From the NCBI GenBank assembly GCA_965644295.1, contig CBFFRP010000338.1, forward strand, positions 62,001-126,000: DNA of 64,000 nt, in the 5' to 3' direction. The stretch is from Paraphysomonas bandaiensis. Lineage: Eukaryota > Protista > Chrysophyceae. The position numbers and the translations under genes are program-made. Positions 33,658 to 47,800 of this stretch are shown piece after piece; positions within the stretch are counted from its first letter, which is position 1, and every line of letters starts with the position of its first letter. The notes under the pieces are model-generated. The model was not told the DNA's origin and searched no databases. It saw nothing but the letters and a program-made list of their open reading frames with translations.

Positions 33658-34814
33658 ATGCCGTTATCCATGCCTGTACTATGGCGAATAGCAGTCATGG
33701 CTCTCGTTAGTCTATCTTCTTTCGGATACTCTGATAGCTGCTCTCGAATTTTATCTCGACGAGTTCGCAAGTTTATAGAACAGGTGTGGAGGGTGCATAT
33801 GGGAGACTTTGTTTGATATGTACTACCTCAGGATGTATTCACCCAGTTGTCCATAGATCCCACACAGCTTCCTGAAGACTGCCAACTCAATCCAGTACAT
33901 GACATGTACCTTGATCAAGAGAGACACAAGTCACGATCATCGACGGGGAATTATAAGTGCCACTACTGCGGAAAGGTGTGTTGATTTTTGCTAGTAACAT
34001 ATTGTATCAAGTGTATGACAGGAATTCAAAAACGAGTTTTACATGGACAGGTAGAATTGTTATTTTTGGTATAATGTTAGAAATTATATTATGGCGCAGA
34101 CATATGGACAACAAGCATCCTGATAAGATTTTGGTAAGCTATACAGCGTAGTAGATATGTACCGTTATGGTGTGTTGACGTACGCAGAGCAATACCACTA
34201 TATGTCTAGGCGATCTCTGCCCTATTTTCGGGTGCTCCGATCAAAACACCAAGTACAGAACCTACCACAGTCGCCGAGAACGCAGTATGGGAGAGCATGT
34301 ACCCGAAGAAGGGTTTGCTGGGATGGTCACGTGTTCTGACGCTGAAGTGGAGAAGTATCGATATAAATGTGAAGTACTATCCCGCCGGTGCTTCTCTGGG
34401 CTTCTCTCATCTTCCCATTCAAGTGAAACGGTTGCGGATTACTTTAATGACAAAATATGCCGTGCATTACATTGTGAAAAAGGCGTAATGCGGGTGTGTT
34501 CTTATTTTGAGAATTTCCTGCTAGTCTTACTGTCCATTAGGGGCTTCTGGTTGAGGAGGAAGATGATGAAGCAGGTGTTCTCATAACTGTCGTCCGTTGG
34601 ATGCTTGGAGTCGTTATTTTAGTAATAGCACTGCTGTATGGTGCGAAATTTTGTATGATACTTATGCTCTCTCACTTCTGTTTTAGCGTTCGGCAGTGGT
34701 ATGGTGTCTAGACTTCTTCATAGACCCACGCAAGTCAAGATAGGCATGAGGCAGAGGCAAAGTATATTCTCTTTCGCCTACTGGCGAAAAATGATTGGTT
34801 TCAAAAAGGATTAG
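33658..34814 (+). CDS. Signal-peptide, single-TM protein with a C2H2-type finger (plant/stramenopile uncharacterised family); about 7 exons
   Basis: Spliced product: signal peptide, CSRILSRRVRKFIEQ|DVF..CQLNPVHDMYLDQERHK..YKCHYCGK|EFKNEFYMDR|HMDNKH..CLGDLCPIFGC..C..TM (WMLGVVILVIALLY)..KKD*. All introns are GT-AG. Confidence 0.85.
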
Positions 34815-36521
34815 ATCGTTTGTATGTATAGTAGACATTGCTTGTCGTCCAACTGTGTTGCATTTGAGGGTTATATTTTATTGTCGTATTAAACATACGT
34901 GGCAAAATTTGTTACCATTGACTTTTCAACTTATTCGTGCATCAACGCATCTTCTATTGGCGCACATAGAAACTCGTTTGAAGCAAGTAATGAAAAACTA
35001 TCTACTATGCACAACTATAAATAGGTAAATAACCAGTTAAGAACAATGATGGCAATGGAGCTATGCCCTGTGAGCGCTATAGTGGCGCAGAAATTATTAC
35101 CCCGAGCAGTTTCACGCTCTTCATCACCCAATATTATCAATCTATTTCTCAAATTACAGAAATTTTGAAGAAGTAAGCATTAATTACGGCTTCGTGGAGA
35201 AATGTAAGAGATCTCTATAATTACTATACTCTATATTCGCCTCAATATACGGTATAGGGAGACTAATTCATTAATGAATATGACTTAGTCAGAATTACTC
35301 TCACAACGGAATAGATACTCCACAAGTCTAATTGATGAGATTTGTAAAACTACTTCAGCCTCTGAGATATTTAATGCACACTCATACATACAATACGAAA
35401 TTAAGTTCTTTTTATGTTTGCATCCACAGATCAGACATCACTTTTACACGAATTTATGAAGAAACGCACTATATTGCTCCATGTAATTATTATATACTAC
35501 AACGCGTGCATTACATTACATACCACTGAGAATATTAATGTAAAACGTGGTGAAAAAATAAATGAGTACAAAAGTAATATATATCGCACGAATGAAATCA
35601 ATAAAAAGGTAATGAACGTTAAACATAAATATATGTTTAATTTTCCATTGTCTTCAGGATGTATAATTCCTCGTTTCCTCTTATCAACCCGATCCTGCTC
35701 ACCAATCAAACTCCGCAAGCTATTGTAGCTACACTCATCCCAAATACTACTCATCGCTGCCAATTCTTCTTTAATTGTTTTCAATTGACTGAGTTTGGAT
35801 ACCATTGCGCATCGCCCTCCTTCTTTGGTCGTTCCATTAGCCGTGTAGTTGCAAAAGAAATTCTTATGTAGATTATATCCGCGAATAAGTCCCTTTTTGT
35901 ACATATTTGGTCTTCTCTCAGTCCGTTTAACTCTTCGACTTCTCTGCATAGTCAATTCTTTGATGAGAGCAGTACCCGTCTGAGGTTTCTGTAGTTGTAT
36001 GCAACAGAACTTCTTGTATTTACATGGCTACCTTGCAACCTCTCCGGGACTTGGTTGGAAGACACTTCCATGCTTCCGTGCAATTGGTTTTAAGAGGACA
36101 TGACTTTGTTCTTCATGTCCTTTGGCTGTTATAGTTGCTGTGGGCACCTGTGAGATCCGATTGCTTTGAGGTTTACAGTACTGTACTGTACTATGAATAT
36201 ACTATTGTATGCAGCAGTACACTATAACAATATACATACTCCAAAAATATCTGCAGAAATTTTCTAGAAAATTTGGGCGTTTTTGGTATGACATCAGACA
36301 TTTGTCTAAAATTCGCAACACAATATATTCTAACAAATAATATCCTTGAGATGTATTTTGCGCTCCTTTCATTTGTCAACCCACAACAAACATATACAAC
36401 AAACTTCAACGAATTTCGAAAGAAAGATCCCTTCAGGATACTGTCATATGTGTTCTATTTGATAGAGTGTAGTGCATTGTTCTGCTACCAACAACAACAG
36501 CATCAGATCATAATAACATAC

Positions 36522-36640
36522 CAGAGACCAACAGAGATCAACAGAGATCAACAGAGACCAACAGAGATCAACAGAGATCAACAGAGACCAACAGAGATCA
36601 ACAGAGATCAACAGAGATCAACAGAGACCAACAGAGATCA
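36522..36640. repeat. 10-bp tandem repeat (CAGAGAYCAA) x12
   Basis: Directly visible; C/T variants fall in a roughly 30-bp higher-order pattern. Confidence 0.95.
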
Positions 36641-37316
36641 TTCATTAAGACATCTGAAGAGATTGATAACACTGAAAAGAGTCCGAAACAATGAGAGAAA
36701 GAGCTAACATGGGACGAGGCAACCAGGGCTATCACTCCACAGCTCATCAGCGGAAGCAAAAGGCTCCTAATCGAACTTTAGATCAGCAAAATATGGAACG
36801 AATGGAAAGGCGCGATAAGAGGTAGGCATGGAGTATAAATAACACTTGATAGTATGGCTAATTATTTCCACAGAGCGCAGATTAGAGACCAGCTGTCATA
36901 TGAGCGCAAAGAGCTCCATGATTTGCATAAGACAGGCCCCACTGGCATGATCGGAAACCACTAAAATCAGTTGGTTGTTAAGTATTTCCACACTAAGGTG
37001 ATTAAGAACCGCATGTATAGTACAAGTTATAAGGAAGGAAGACGGCGAAAAGAAATAATTTATTAATATTAGTTATAAAAATGGTTGATTTAATGCCGAA
37101 GTAATATATATTTTTGTCCTGGAGATATCCAATGCATTTTGATTCTGAACCAGCCTATTTTATTAATGTATATCATCTAGGGAAAAGTCCAACCTGGGTT
37201 GGAATTACTCTCACCCAACGAAACAACTCATAGCAGTGGTGTAATCGTCGTGTTTAATAATCCTACTATGTAGTTATCCCCATTTAGTCTCAAAAAAAGC
37301 TCTTTTTTGACCTGAT

Positions 37317-39465
37317 TTTGTCTCAATAGGGTGCTCATATCAGCACCGGGCAAATATAGACATTCAACTTCAATATTCGGTTCAACAGAAGCTCACTGCT
37401 ATCTTCATTTATGATAATGGCAGTCATATGTACGTGATTTCATTATAGTACACAATTATAGATAAACCACAATCATGAGCCAAATATCAAGAGCAGATCA
37501 TCTAACTCCAGGTTATATTCCATCTTTCGACTGCTGTAGAAGATCACAACGATTCAGTGCAAGTGATCTGTCTTCATATCCAGGACTTCGAAACAACTTC
37601 ATTAAAGGAGAGTTTAAGTACCACATATGATGCTATATAAGTGGTTAGGAGCAGTGGCACCCAGTTCTTTCAGGGTTTGAGCCATATCGTGCTTCTCAGG
37701 ATATTTTGTGTCTCATATCATACACACATCTTTCGATCACGTGCAACTTGCAGAGGTAAAGCCTGCTGTGTATAAATGTGATGATGATGCTAATTAAGGC
37801 AATAAGAGGCCTCTCTTTCACCTTCAACTGTTTACATTTATCATCACACTTACAGTGTATACATATCATTGATTTGAAACTATATGAGTTCTCATTTGTG
37901 TTATTAATGTTAATCAAGGAACATCTATTTCTTAATACAGCAAGCATGCTACAAATAGCTATTCAATCTAATGTTAACTTTTCAACGTCATGAGGATAAG
38001 CTACAATTTAACCTAGGGATAAGGAGTATCGTCCCAGGTGCACTAGCAGAGGATGTTACGCCTATTGTATATAAAGGTGATGATGATGCTAATTAAGGCG
38101 ATAAGAAGCTTTTCGTGCGACTACAACTGTTCACATTCATCATCACACTTATGTACGAATTTCAACGCCTCGCAGTTGCTATTTCATCAGTATCCTTCTG
38201 TGATTGGAGTGCATTTGTTGTAGCTATTATATATATGTTTTAGGGTTTATTGTTTGATTTGACGTATAGTGCAATGGCTATTTCCAAAGCATACACAGCG
38301 AGTTTATGAATTCTTATTTCTTATAATATAACTAAGAAGTTTCTTATGAATCAGGAAACACGTATTTCTTATTACAACAAGCAGGCTACTAAAATAGCTA
38401 TACAATCTAATATTAGGTTTTCAACATCATGAGGATAAGCTACACTTTAATTTAGGGATAAGGAGTATCGTCCCTTGTCTGAATTTTAAACCTCGGTCTT
38501 TTCGCACTCGTTTCAAAATTTTGAGCGTGGGACGATTAGATATATAGCCTCCTTACTGCCCGTGGTTAAATATAAATATATTCCTATTTTGTCTCAAAGA
38601 ATAATTTCTTCTACCTAACTTGGGCTCAACAGAGCGCTCATATCAGCATTGGGCAAATAATACAGACATCCAACTTCAATATTCGGTTCAACGAAGCTCA
38701 CTTCTATCTTAATTATGATATTAATAGTCATTTCGACAACATTATAGATAAACCACAATCATGAGCCAACTGTCAAAAGCAGATCATCAAACACTCCAAG
38801 ATATACTTCATAGATCGTAATGATGTCAGTACAAGTTATCTATCTTCATAACCTGGACTTAGAAACAACTACAGGAGAGTTGAAGGTCCATTCTGATGCT
38901 GTATAGGTGGCTAGGAGCAGTGGAACCCAGTACTCTTAGGGTTTGGGTCACATTGTTCTTAAGGATGTGTGCCTTACATCATGCAGACATCAGGTACACT
39001 AGCAGTAGTTATAATATATAAATGTGATGATGATGCTAATTATGACAATAAAAGAAGCCTCGTTCATCTACAACTTTTTACATTGATCATCACACTTATA
39101 TACGAATTTCAACACCTCGCTGTTGCCATTCCCTCAGTATCCTTCTGTGGCAGGAGTACATAGGAATAATTGGGAAATTATTGTTCTAGTGCAATAGCTA
39201 TTCCCTAAGCTATAATATCATTGATTTGAAACAATATGAATTCGCATTCGTTTTCTTAAATAATGTTAATAGGGAAAACCTATTCCTTATTAAAGGAAGC
39301 TACAAACATCTACTATTAAGTTTTTTACATTATGAGGATAAAAGCTACAATTTAACCTAGGGATAAGGAGTATTGGTTCTTGTCTTAATTTTAAAACTCG
39401 GGCGTTTTGAGCGCGGGACGATTAGATATAGCCTTCTTATTGCCAGTGGTTAAATATAACTATAG
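37317..39465 (+). mobile_element. Two tandem diverged copies (about 37317-38575 and 38588-39465) of an unclassified interspersed repeat; the first has an internal duplication
   Basis: Collinear shared blocks: GCTCATATCAGCA, CAACTTCAATATTCGGTTCAAC, AAACCACAATCATGAGCCAA, GTGATGATGATGCTAAT, TAGGGATAAGGAGTAT, TTTTGAGCG.GGGACGATTAGATAT. Confidence 0.85.
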
Positions 39466-40140
39466 TCGACGTGATGACCAAACCTGGTTATGTGATTTAT
39501 TTCACCAGCAGGTTTCATATATCGAAAAGTGCCATACAAGTGTGTATTTGCTCACAACAATAAGATATACGATTTACGTATTGTGTATTGTATTCTGATG
39601 GTATCGTTGGCGAAAGTCATGGTAACAGAGTCATGGTAACAGAGTGATGGTAACAGGTAACAGAGTCATGAAATTCCCATGCAAATATATACAACGTAGA
39701 CATTGATATATATCATTATGATGTTTACTGTTATTCATGTAGTGTTGGGTATATATTCAGTTCCCAGATCAAAGTTAGGTCCAAAGACCAAAGATCAAAG
39801 ACTAAAGACAATAAGGGTTCAGTACAAACGCACAATGAATAATGCAGAACAATAGGAGTGTGAATACTATAAGTGTAATTCCTGTGATGTACCATGACTT
39901 TTATTATGTATTAGTTATGGTTCTGTCGGTAAGTTTTAGGGAAAATGTAACCAGCGCAGCCTCTTCAACTGGTGCTGTAAAGTGTAAAGGCATCGGTTGT
40001 TACATACAAATTACATACGAATTACATAAAGGATAGGTGTACACCAACACTCTATTTCACTATCATCAACTTTACTATAAACTTCTTAGACTAGTAAGTA
40101 TATTGGTTCCAAAAGATAAAATATCTCTATACAATGAGAG

Positions 40141-40973
40141 CTACAAATGACTCCACATCATGATCGGGTCACCATCATATAGTTGGGGTACTTCGTGGTG
40201 GATCTCGAATTCCTGAGCACAGAGCTCACTGGAAGCGTCATTATCACTAGCACAGGTCCATCCTTCTTCAGGTATATGCAGAAGCTATTCATCAAATTAA
40301 ACCCTTCAACGTAAAGAAAGAAGTTCTATTACCACAACTACAATCGGATCCAAGCTCGACGAGGCGCACTGCAGAGCCAAGTCGGCACTCTCCCACTTCC
40401 TCCATCACGCAGCACAGAGGACCCCACAGCCACACCCTCGAGAGGAGCATCAACCCCAATCAGCCCTGCCAAGGCCCACGTCACTAACGATCCCCGCAGG
40501 TCACCTCACCCTTAGCACCACACAGCGGGGTTTTCAACCACAGCGTGGCTCCTCTGTACAACCTTCAGTATGTATCATTACACAAACTTCCCTTATTATG
40601 ATGCTAAAACCTTCCTAGTCTTCCATCCTGTGGCGTGGGAACCCCTCCAATAATATCTACCCCTTTGTATGCTTCTATTCCATCGTCAATAGATACGAGG
40701 AACTTATGCCTGATAGAGAGGTTCATAGTGCATGGATTGATACTCCATCACTCACCATGGGCAGGATACCACACTCTTTCCTATCATGTCTTCAATGTCT
40801 ATGACATTGCCAAGAGTGAGAGGTCCTCCAGCGTGATGGCATATAGAGTCAATGCACGACAATCTGCCCTTTTGACGGAACACAGTCACATACCTGCCCT
40901 CGATACACGTGTGAAGTCTCTCACCGTCTCGAGGGAAGGAGGATGCAGACACCAACCACCACTGCCCTGACAT
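40141..40973 (-). pseudogene. Rieske [2Fe-2S] domain protein, disrupted in this sequence (frameshift and GC-rich insert) or mis-assembled
   Basis: CHHAGGPL and CPW|HKF Rieske ligands. There is an apparent 1-nt loss near 40630 (P-T-G-W-K frame broken) and about 180 nt of out-of-frame sequence at about 40345-40525. The last exon reads LLHIPEEGWTCASD..HL*. Confidence 0.7.
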
Positions 40974-41820
40974 GAGTGGTGTCTCAAGTGTATTTCTATC
41001 AGCTGCAACTGCTCTCTCGCTCCATATATACACACATACACAGCAGTACGTGCATAAACTGAGACAGTGGATGTATGTGCGTCAAAAACTCAATTTAATT
41101 CAACTTTTTCAAAATTTCACCAGGTCTTAACCCTTTTAAAACAGGTTTGTTGATCATATCGACTTTATGTTGGTTATATATAGGAGTGGGTACAAATTTT
41201 ACGTCGTTGAAAAGCTATATAAGAAGATAACTTGCTATTACTGTTACAAATATCAGAGGGAGGGGGCATGTAACTACGGAATTATATTAGTATTCTCCAA
41301 CGGTTATGTTCCTGGCAAAGACTATAGCCGTCAATACGGCAGAATCGTCAACACCACAGTGCGCAATTAAACGTAAATTGAGGGTAATATCCCTCTTTGA
41401 TAGTAACAGTAATATCGAAATATTTCCATTTGCCAAAATCCTTTCACCAAGTGTAGCTATTTTAAATAGCACAATCTTGTGTGAGTATCATCAATCTTTG
41501 ATTGTATAATATAGACTATTAAGTACCTGTCTTGCATTTTCAAAAAGCAATGTATATATCCAAGAGCCTACATTTCGAAAATGGTTTTTTTATCCAAGTT
41601 ATCGAAGAAGGGTGCGATGAGAGGCAGACAGTCAACAGTCAACCAATTTGTCAAGGCTCTAATACCATCGCTACATGCTATCAGCGCTCAACTTTGTAGC
41701 TACATGCTGTGGCTTAAATGTAATAGATTTCTGAAACAAAGTGTAAAAATTATTTCGTATCAAGCACAGCAGTTTGCCTACAAGTTATCGAATAAATACA
41801 AAACTATTCACCTAAAGAAA

Positions 41821-44800
41821 CTACTTTCGATGGCTTCCGTGCTTCAGTAGAAGCACATCATCGTCGCATATCAGTGTAGCTGAAAATAAAATAATATCCA
41901 CAAAAGTTTCAATCAGGCTACGCTGCTTATCACTATCGCCTTCGCTTGAGCACGCCAGCTCAACGAAAGTTATAGCTGGCCCTGTCTCTTTCACTTCGAT
42001 ATGTATAAGATGCTTTTCACGCATATCATCATTGGGTGAATCTTCTTTTCCTATGATAACATAGTGTGCAATGCTCGTTTCTTCAGCTACAGCAGGCCAG
42101 TACACAAAGCGCGATCCAAAGGCCCTGTGTAAAGCGCTGCGCAAGACCTTTCCACCACCGGAGACAAGGGCTGCTAAAGGCTCGAGGAGAAAATCAAGAC
42201 ACCTCAGATTGGTGGCGGGGGAATGCTTTAGCACAGCAGATATAAGGCTGCTCTGAAGCATATTCGTAACGCCAATGGAGCGATTGTACAACATATCCCA
42301 CGCGCTCTCATTGCAAAGAGTTCGCACGGCACTCCGTCCAGATGACACTATGCAATCACATATAGCGCTGAACACGCGGTCCTCTGTACTCAGTGGGATG
42401 TATTGAATACATTCAAGTTCTTCCGACATCCGTTCTTCCAGCTCGATATTTAAGAGCAGGTCCCGTTCAGAGCCCATTACCTTCTCACCAGGAAAAATAA
42501 GGCTTGTCAAATAGAAATAATCTCTATCATCCGGACAGGACTGAAGGAACGATATACCCAATATAGATTCTGCATACGTTCTATGGGTTGTGCGATGCAT
42601 CCTCGTACTCGTATCAGAATAGTCCCCGGTTCGAGTGAGTAAAGCGGGGGATATGGCTTCGGAGCGCTTCGATGGACTAATCGGTCCACGAGGGGATGAA
42701 ATAAAACGAAAACATACACACATTTCCCCTGTTGACGAATCCAGTGGAACGGAAAATGCTTCACCATGTGATGAGCGACTTAGCGCATTGATGATATCTG
42801 ATACGCTTGGTGACGGGAGGGATGCATGAATGGTGTCGGGATTCAAGATCTCAGATATATTTATCGCTTTCTCAACGAGAAGTACATCGGCCACCGCAAC
42901 TTCAGAAATCATTCTACATAAGAAAAATGAGGCATACCACATGGCATCGTCGTAACAACCTACCTCATTGTCTCAAGAGCCCGTCTACCAATATTGCGTT
43001 TATCTTCTTCCGGGATACTCTGATTGAAGAAATACAAGGCACCGAGAGCAGCGTAATACACACTTGATTCTAATTTCATGACGGTTGCGTGATTTGTAAC
43101 GGCATCCATCACACTACTGCACTGCCCGAAGTCATCTTCAACAAAACTATCTTCAGATGTACCAATGCATGGCTCCCGCAAGCACGCCGCTGATGCGGGA
43201 GATATTAGCCACTCTTCCGACTCCATGCCATAATGATCACGCACAGAAGCAATTATGTCACGACAGTCAGCCACTCTATGAATGACCAGTAGTTTACCAG
43301 GGATAGATCGAGAGAGCTCTACCATACACAAGCATGACGTATGAATAACAGGCAGTAATACGTATATACTGTCCGACTGAATCCCTCCTACAAAAATACA
43401 ATCTAAACCTCCAAGTAGATGTCGTAGAAAAGTTATAAAATCTGACAACGATTCATTGACAGCTATTTCTGGTGTAGGCGTCAGACGCTGCATGTCAGGT
43501 GATACTGTATGCATGGTGCGGTCTGTATCAAGAGTGATTTTGGAGTCACGAAAGGATGGCAACTCGATACATCTCATTCGTAAAACGATTCCTTCCGACC
43601 ATAAGCACGTCGGGATATCACAAGTTTCGCATGGCGGAAGGAGATTGTCCGTCGTCGTATTATGCGAAGGTGTCATGTCAGTTGAGTGTATGAGCCGAGA
43701 AAGAACACGTTGAGGCCAAAATAATCCCGATATTTGTGTCTGTAACCGATACACTTTCTCCATGCTCACACCACCATCTTCCTTCTGAGGCATCGTGTGA
43801 ATCGGGTTCAATATGCGTCGAAGGCCCGTTTTTTCCAAATGAAGCAATCGAACATTTTGCAATTGTCTAAGCGCATCTTTAGTATGCTCGCGAATGCAGT
43901 CTTTAATCTTATCAGCTACTTTCTTGTCAACATTGAAGAAGAAAGCGTACACTCCACTTGTAGATATTGTAATCTCAATGGAATACCGTCGACGTCTCAG
44001 CCAAAGTGGAAAAGTCATAGACGACTCGGGTGAATAATCAGAAATCCATCTTATTCCAGTTGATGTGGCACTGCTGTCAGGGAGAATAACAACATGATTA
44101 TCTTTCCATTCGTATGACTCCACATCCAATATAGTGAAATTATCTCCCAAAAGGCAACTGCACTCGTCGTCAGTAGCATTAACACGTGCATCAAGCCACT
44201 CTACTGGAAACGAAGGTAGAGAATACACAGCCTTGGAATCGGCATCTGTTGATACATTCATACTATACATTTGATTGCATCTAGGTAGTCTCATACTTCT
44301 GGTAAGGGTTGGAAACTCTTTATGAATAAACGACATGACTTTACGATGTAATGCATGCGCAGCTGCCTTTGGGAGAGAAATCGGAACCTGCAGCAAATTT
44401 GAGCAAGCCAGTGGATCAAGCGTTGAAGTTCTCAATATAATATCGTGGCATGCTTGCAGTAGGTCCGCGCACTTCACAGTTGGAGTCACCTCCGACTCAG
44501 AATGAAAAACTGAACTCTGACAGGAGTCTGGAGTTTTATTTTCACTATAGGCAAAACTCAAATCTCTTTCACTCGCACTGCTAGTGCGTCGTCGTAAGGG
44601 AATATGGACTGGCGCAAACTCTCGGCTTTGATAAGCTGTGTATAAGCGTTCCATGCAATACATCACGAGCGCCTGGTTAAAGCACGACTGGAAACTTTCA
44701 GCCAATGTATTTTGATTTATCCCGCGAGTAGGATATATCCTAACAATAAGTTTCGTGTATTCGCTTTTGTATAAACTATTTGTATCTATATGTTGCGTAC

Positions 44801-47800
44801 AAGTGTTTTCAGTATGTTTGCATTCCGCTGCCTCCTGTGTCTTATTCGAGTCCAATGTAATACCACAACCACATTTCATATGATGAATTAGAGATGTAAC
44901 ATCACTAATGAGAGACTTTACAGACCCAGTAGATAGCATCATGCGCTCATCTTTAATGTCACAATTATTCGACTTGTCATCACGAATCGGCTGAATTTCA
45001 ATCAGCGCCAAGCCACCACTGGAGCCAGTGAAAGACCTTCCTCGATCTCGTCTCTTGGAAATATTCTTTTCTTTTTCCCCTACAGCATGTGGATTGTACA
45101 ACAGCGTGAATTCCCCCTGCTCCCATGCTGACACGGATGCATCATATTTTCTGTCCTTCCGCGGAATCTGCTTCTGACTCTTACGGTCAAAGAAAACGGG
45201 GCTGATTACACAAGGATCCGAATGCTCGGCGACCACATGTGTTTTGCGCTCCAGATGTGGACGCATAATACGAGAGTGGGCCATTTTCTCGCGCTGTTGT
45301 TCCACATCATCAACCGCCATATCATAGCCGAATGTAGATGGATGAAGCTTGGAAGAAAGTGGCTCACGCTTCTCATTGTACTGTAGTGTGAGAGGCACAA
45401 AAACCTCTGACTTGTGAAACATTTGTTTAGCAATAACGCAGTAAAATTGAGGATCTGTGACGTATGATGGAAAGTTATAAGTAATGTCGATTCTCTTTGA
45501 TAAACCACAGTCTTTGAGAAACTGAACATGTGTGGTCGGTAGAACAGCTCGTCTAGGCAGAATTGTAAGAGATATCACGTTGGCTATGATTTCGGTGAGT
45601 TTTACTTCAAGTGTTTTCTGAATATCCAGCTTTATAGCGGAACTCAGTTCACTGACTCCAAATGCTACAAGCGATATGGTTCGATCTTTCTCATCTCTCG
45701 CGGGGGCAAACGCCATGTAATATATATCCCCACTCCGATGCACATACACATAGCACTTTTTAATATTCGATATCACAAACGGATGAAGGGCCAAATTTTC
45801 CAATGTAGTCACTGTTTGATTATGTGTCAACGAGTTTGTCAGAACATTCGCAAAATCATTTGGTAAAAGTAACTCAATTCTCCCATATTCGTGACACTCA
45901 AAGCACCCAGGAGTATATGATTTCCAGTTGGAAGATGCTGGCATCGTTGGCTCCTTCTCCGGAAGAACGAACGTTGGAATGACGGTTTCCTCTTTGTTTC
46001 TAGAATGGGAGGAGCGCCCTGGCCGTATTGGAGCCGAATTGACGACAGGAGTTGCTTCAGCAATTGATCTAATTAAATACGCGCTGGCTACACGGGATTG
46101 ATTCATCTCTTTCAGTAATACTTTCTGATTCACTCGGTAGCAGCATTTCTATATACAAAACGAATACGGCACTGTTAGCACACTGGGACTGAGTAATACA
46201 CAACATATACAACACACGTAAGTATTCGGAGTGGCTCATCCACAACTTACATCTAACACAGTCGTAAGCTCTTTTAGTATAAGCTGCTGCTCATTAGTAT
46301 AGTCCCCGACTGCCCGTAGTGTTATACTTATGTCCATTGTGGTAATCCCCATACCCTCCAGTAGACCCTCAGCCGACACAGAGCTGCACTGCGATATAGA
46401 CAAGAGAATCCAGCAGGGGATATTATGGGCATGAGGTGTCCCAACTTGAGCGACCTCCTCTTGGTTTTCTGTCGAAAGAGCAGTGGGAGCTTCAACAATC
46501 AAAGTCCATCCCCTTGCGTAAAAAATATCCCCTGAAAAAAGTATATAAACCGTTGATTAAATTGAATAGTGATATAGTATACCTATCTTATTGAACTCAT
46601 CTCTAGTCTGCAGCTCTTCTTCAAACAAAGTAGTCACCATATCAACAAAAGCGGACGCCCCTGCAGATGTCGGAGTTAGAAAGTCCATTGAGTGGGTAAT
46701 CTGGCATAAGTTTCTTGTCCCTCGTAAGCAATGCTGAACGAGAACGATAGTTTTCGTGGTAACAACCGGCATCAGTAGCAGTGTATAAAGAGTATCGAAT
46801 GTAATTAACGCTTCAAATTCACTGGTGAGTCGCCTAATCAGTGAGTTACGATAAAAATGCCGTATAACCGACACTGAAGGAAGTGGTATTCCAATATGCC
46901 CAGTTAGGCCAGGATGGGACCTATCCTTCGACGAGTGGGATGAGAGGCTGGCACCATCGTCATCACCAGGAAAAGCTTTGGATGTTCCTTCATTACCAAC
47001 ATCATCAGCACTAGCAGAGAGACACTCAACACGCAAAAAGAAATTTTCGTCGGCATATTCTAAATTCTCTTCTTGTAAATTGCAAATATCGAGTGTAACT
47101 TGAGAAAGTCCTTCAGGAGAGCACGGGACAGCAAATTCTTCTGTGGACGGGTCATTTGCTGTGTCCGAAGATGATTTTCGAACAATCGAGATACGTACAA
47201 AAATAGCAATTGTATATATAGCATTGTGCATTGGAATACTGTACGAATTGGTTGATGATGAAAACATAAAGCAGTTTCCATCTGGGATGGATGACAAATA
47301 ATTGCCAACAGTCGATTCAAACAGATGCGCATTGCTCAACTGACTTGCTGGTACACTCTCCATAGCAGTACGCTTGATGCGACAGAGATTCGTGATATCC
47401 AACTCCAAATACTCACTGCTACAGTATTTCAAAGCCATATCAAGATCAGTGTGACTTAAGTGAGATATTGTTCTATTGCGTAATCCAGTGTACATAACAA
47501 GCGCAAAATTACACCGATGATACAGCATAATTTCTTGTTGTAGCTCTCTCAATAGCTTCTTTCCTGTTTCGGCGCATGTAGGTGTTTTCTTACGTGCATC
47601 ATTTCCGCTAGATATATCAGTGGGTACAAGGCAACATTTAGATTGTTTTGCCAGCACGTCATTCGAAAACAAGGTATTCATTGGGACTGATACAAAATGA
47701 AAGTCAATTCGCAAACGACCAGATGTCAAGTCTCCACAAGAAAGATGGTCTCCAGCTAGTCCCTCGACACCCTCATCAAGAGAATCGTGAAGCATATCTA

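Noticed and set aside
36273-36707. 144-aa ORF with QRPTEINRDQ repeats
   Set aside because: The openness is largely explained by the stop-free 10-bp tandem repeat.
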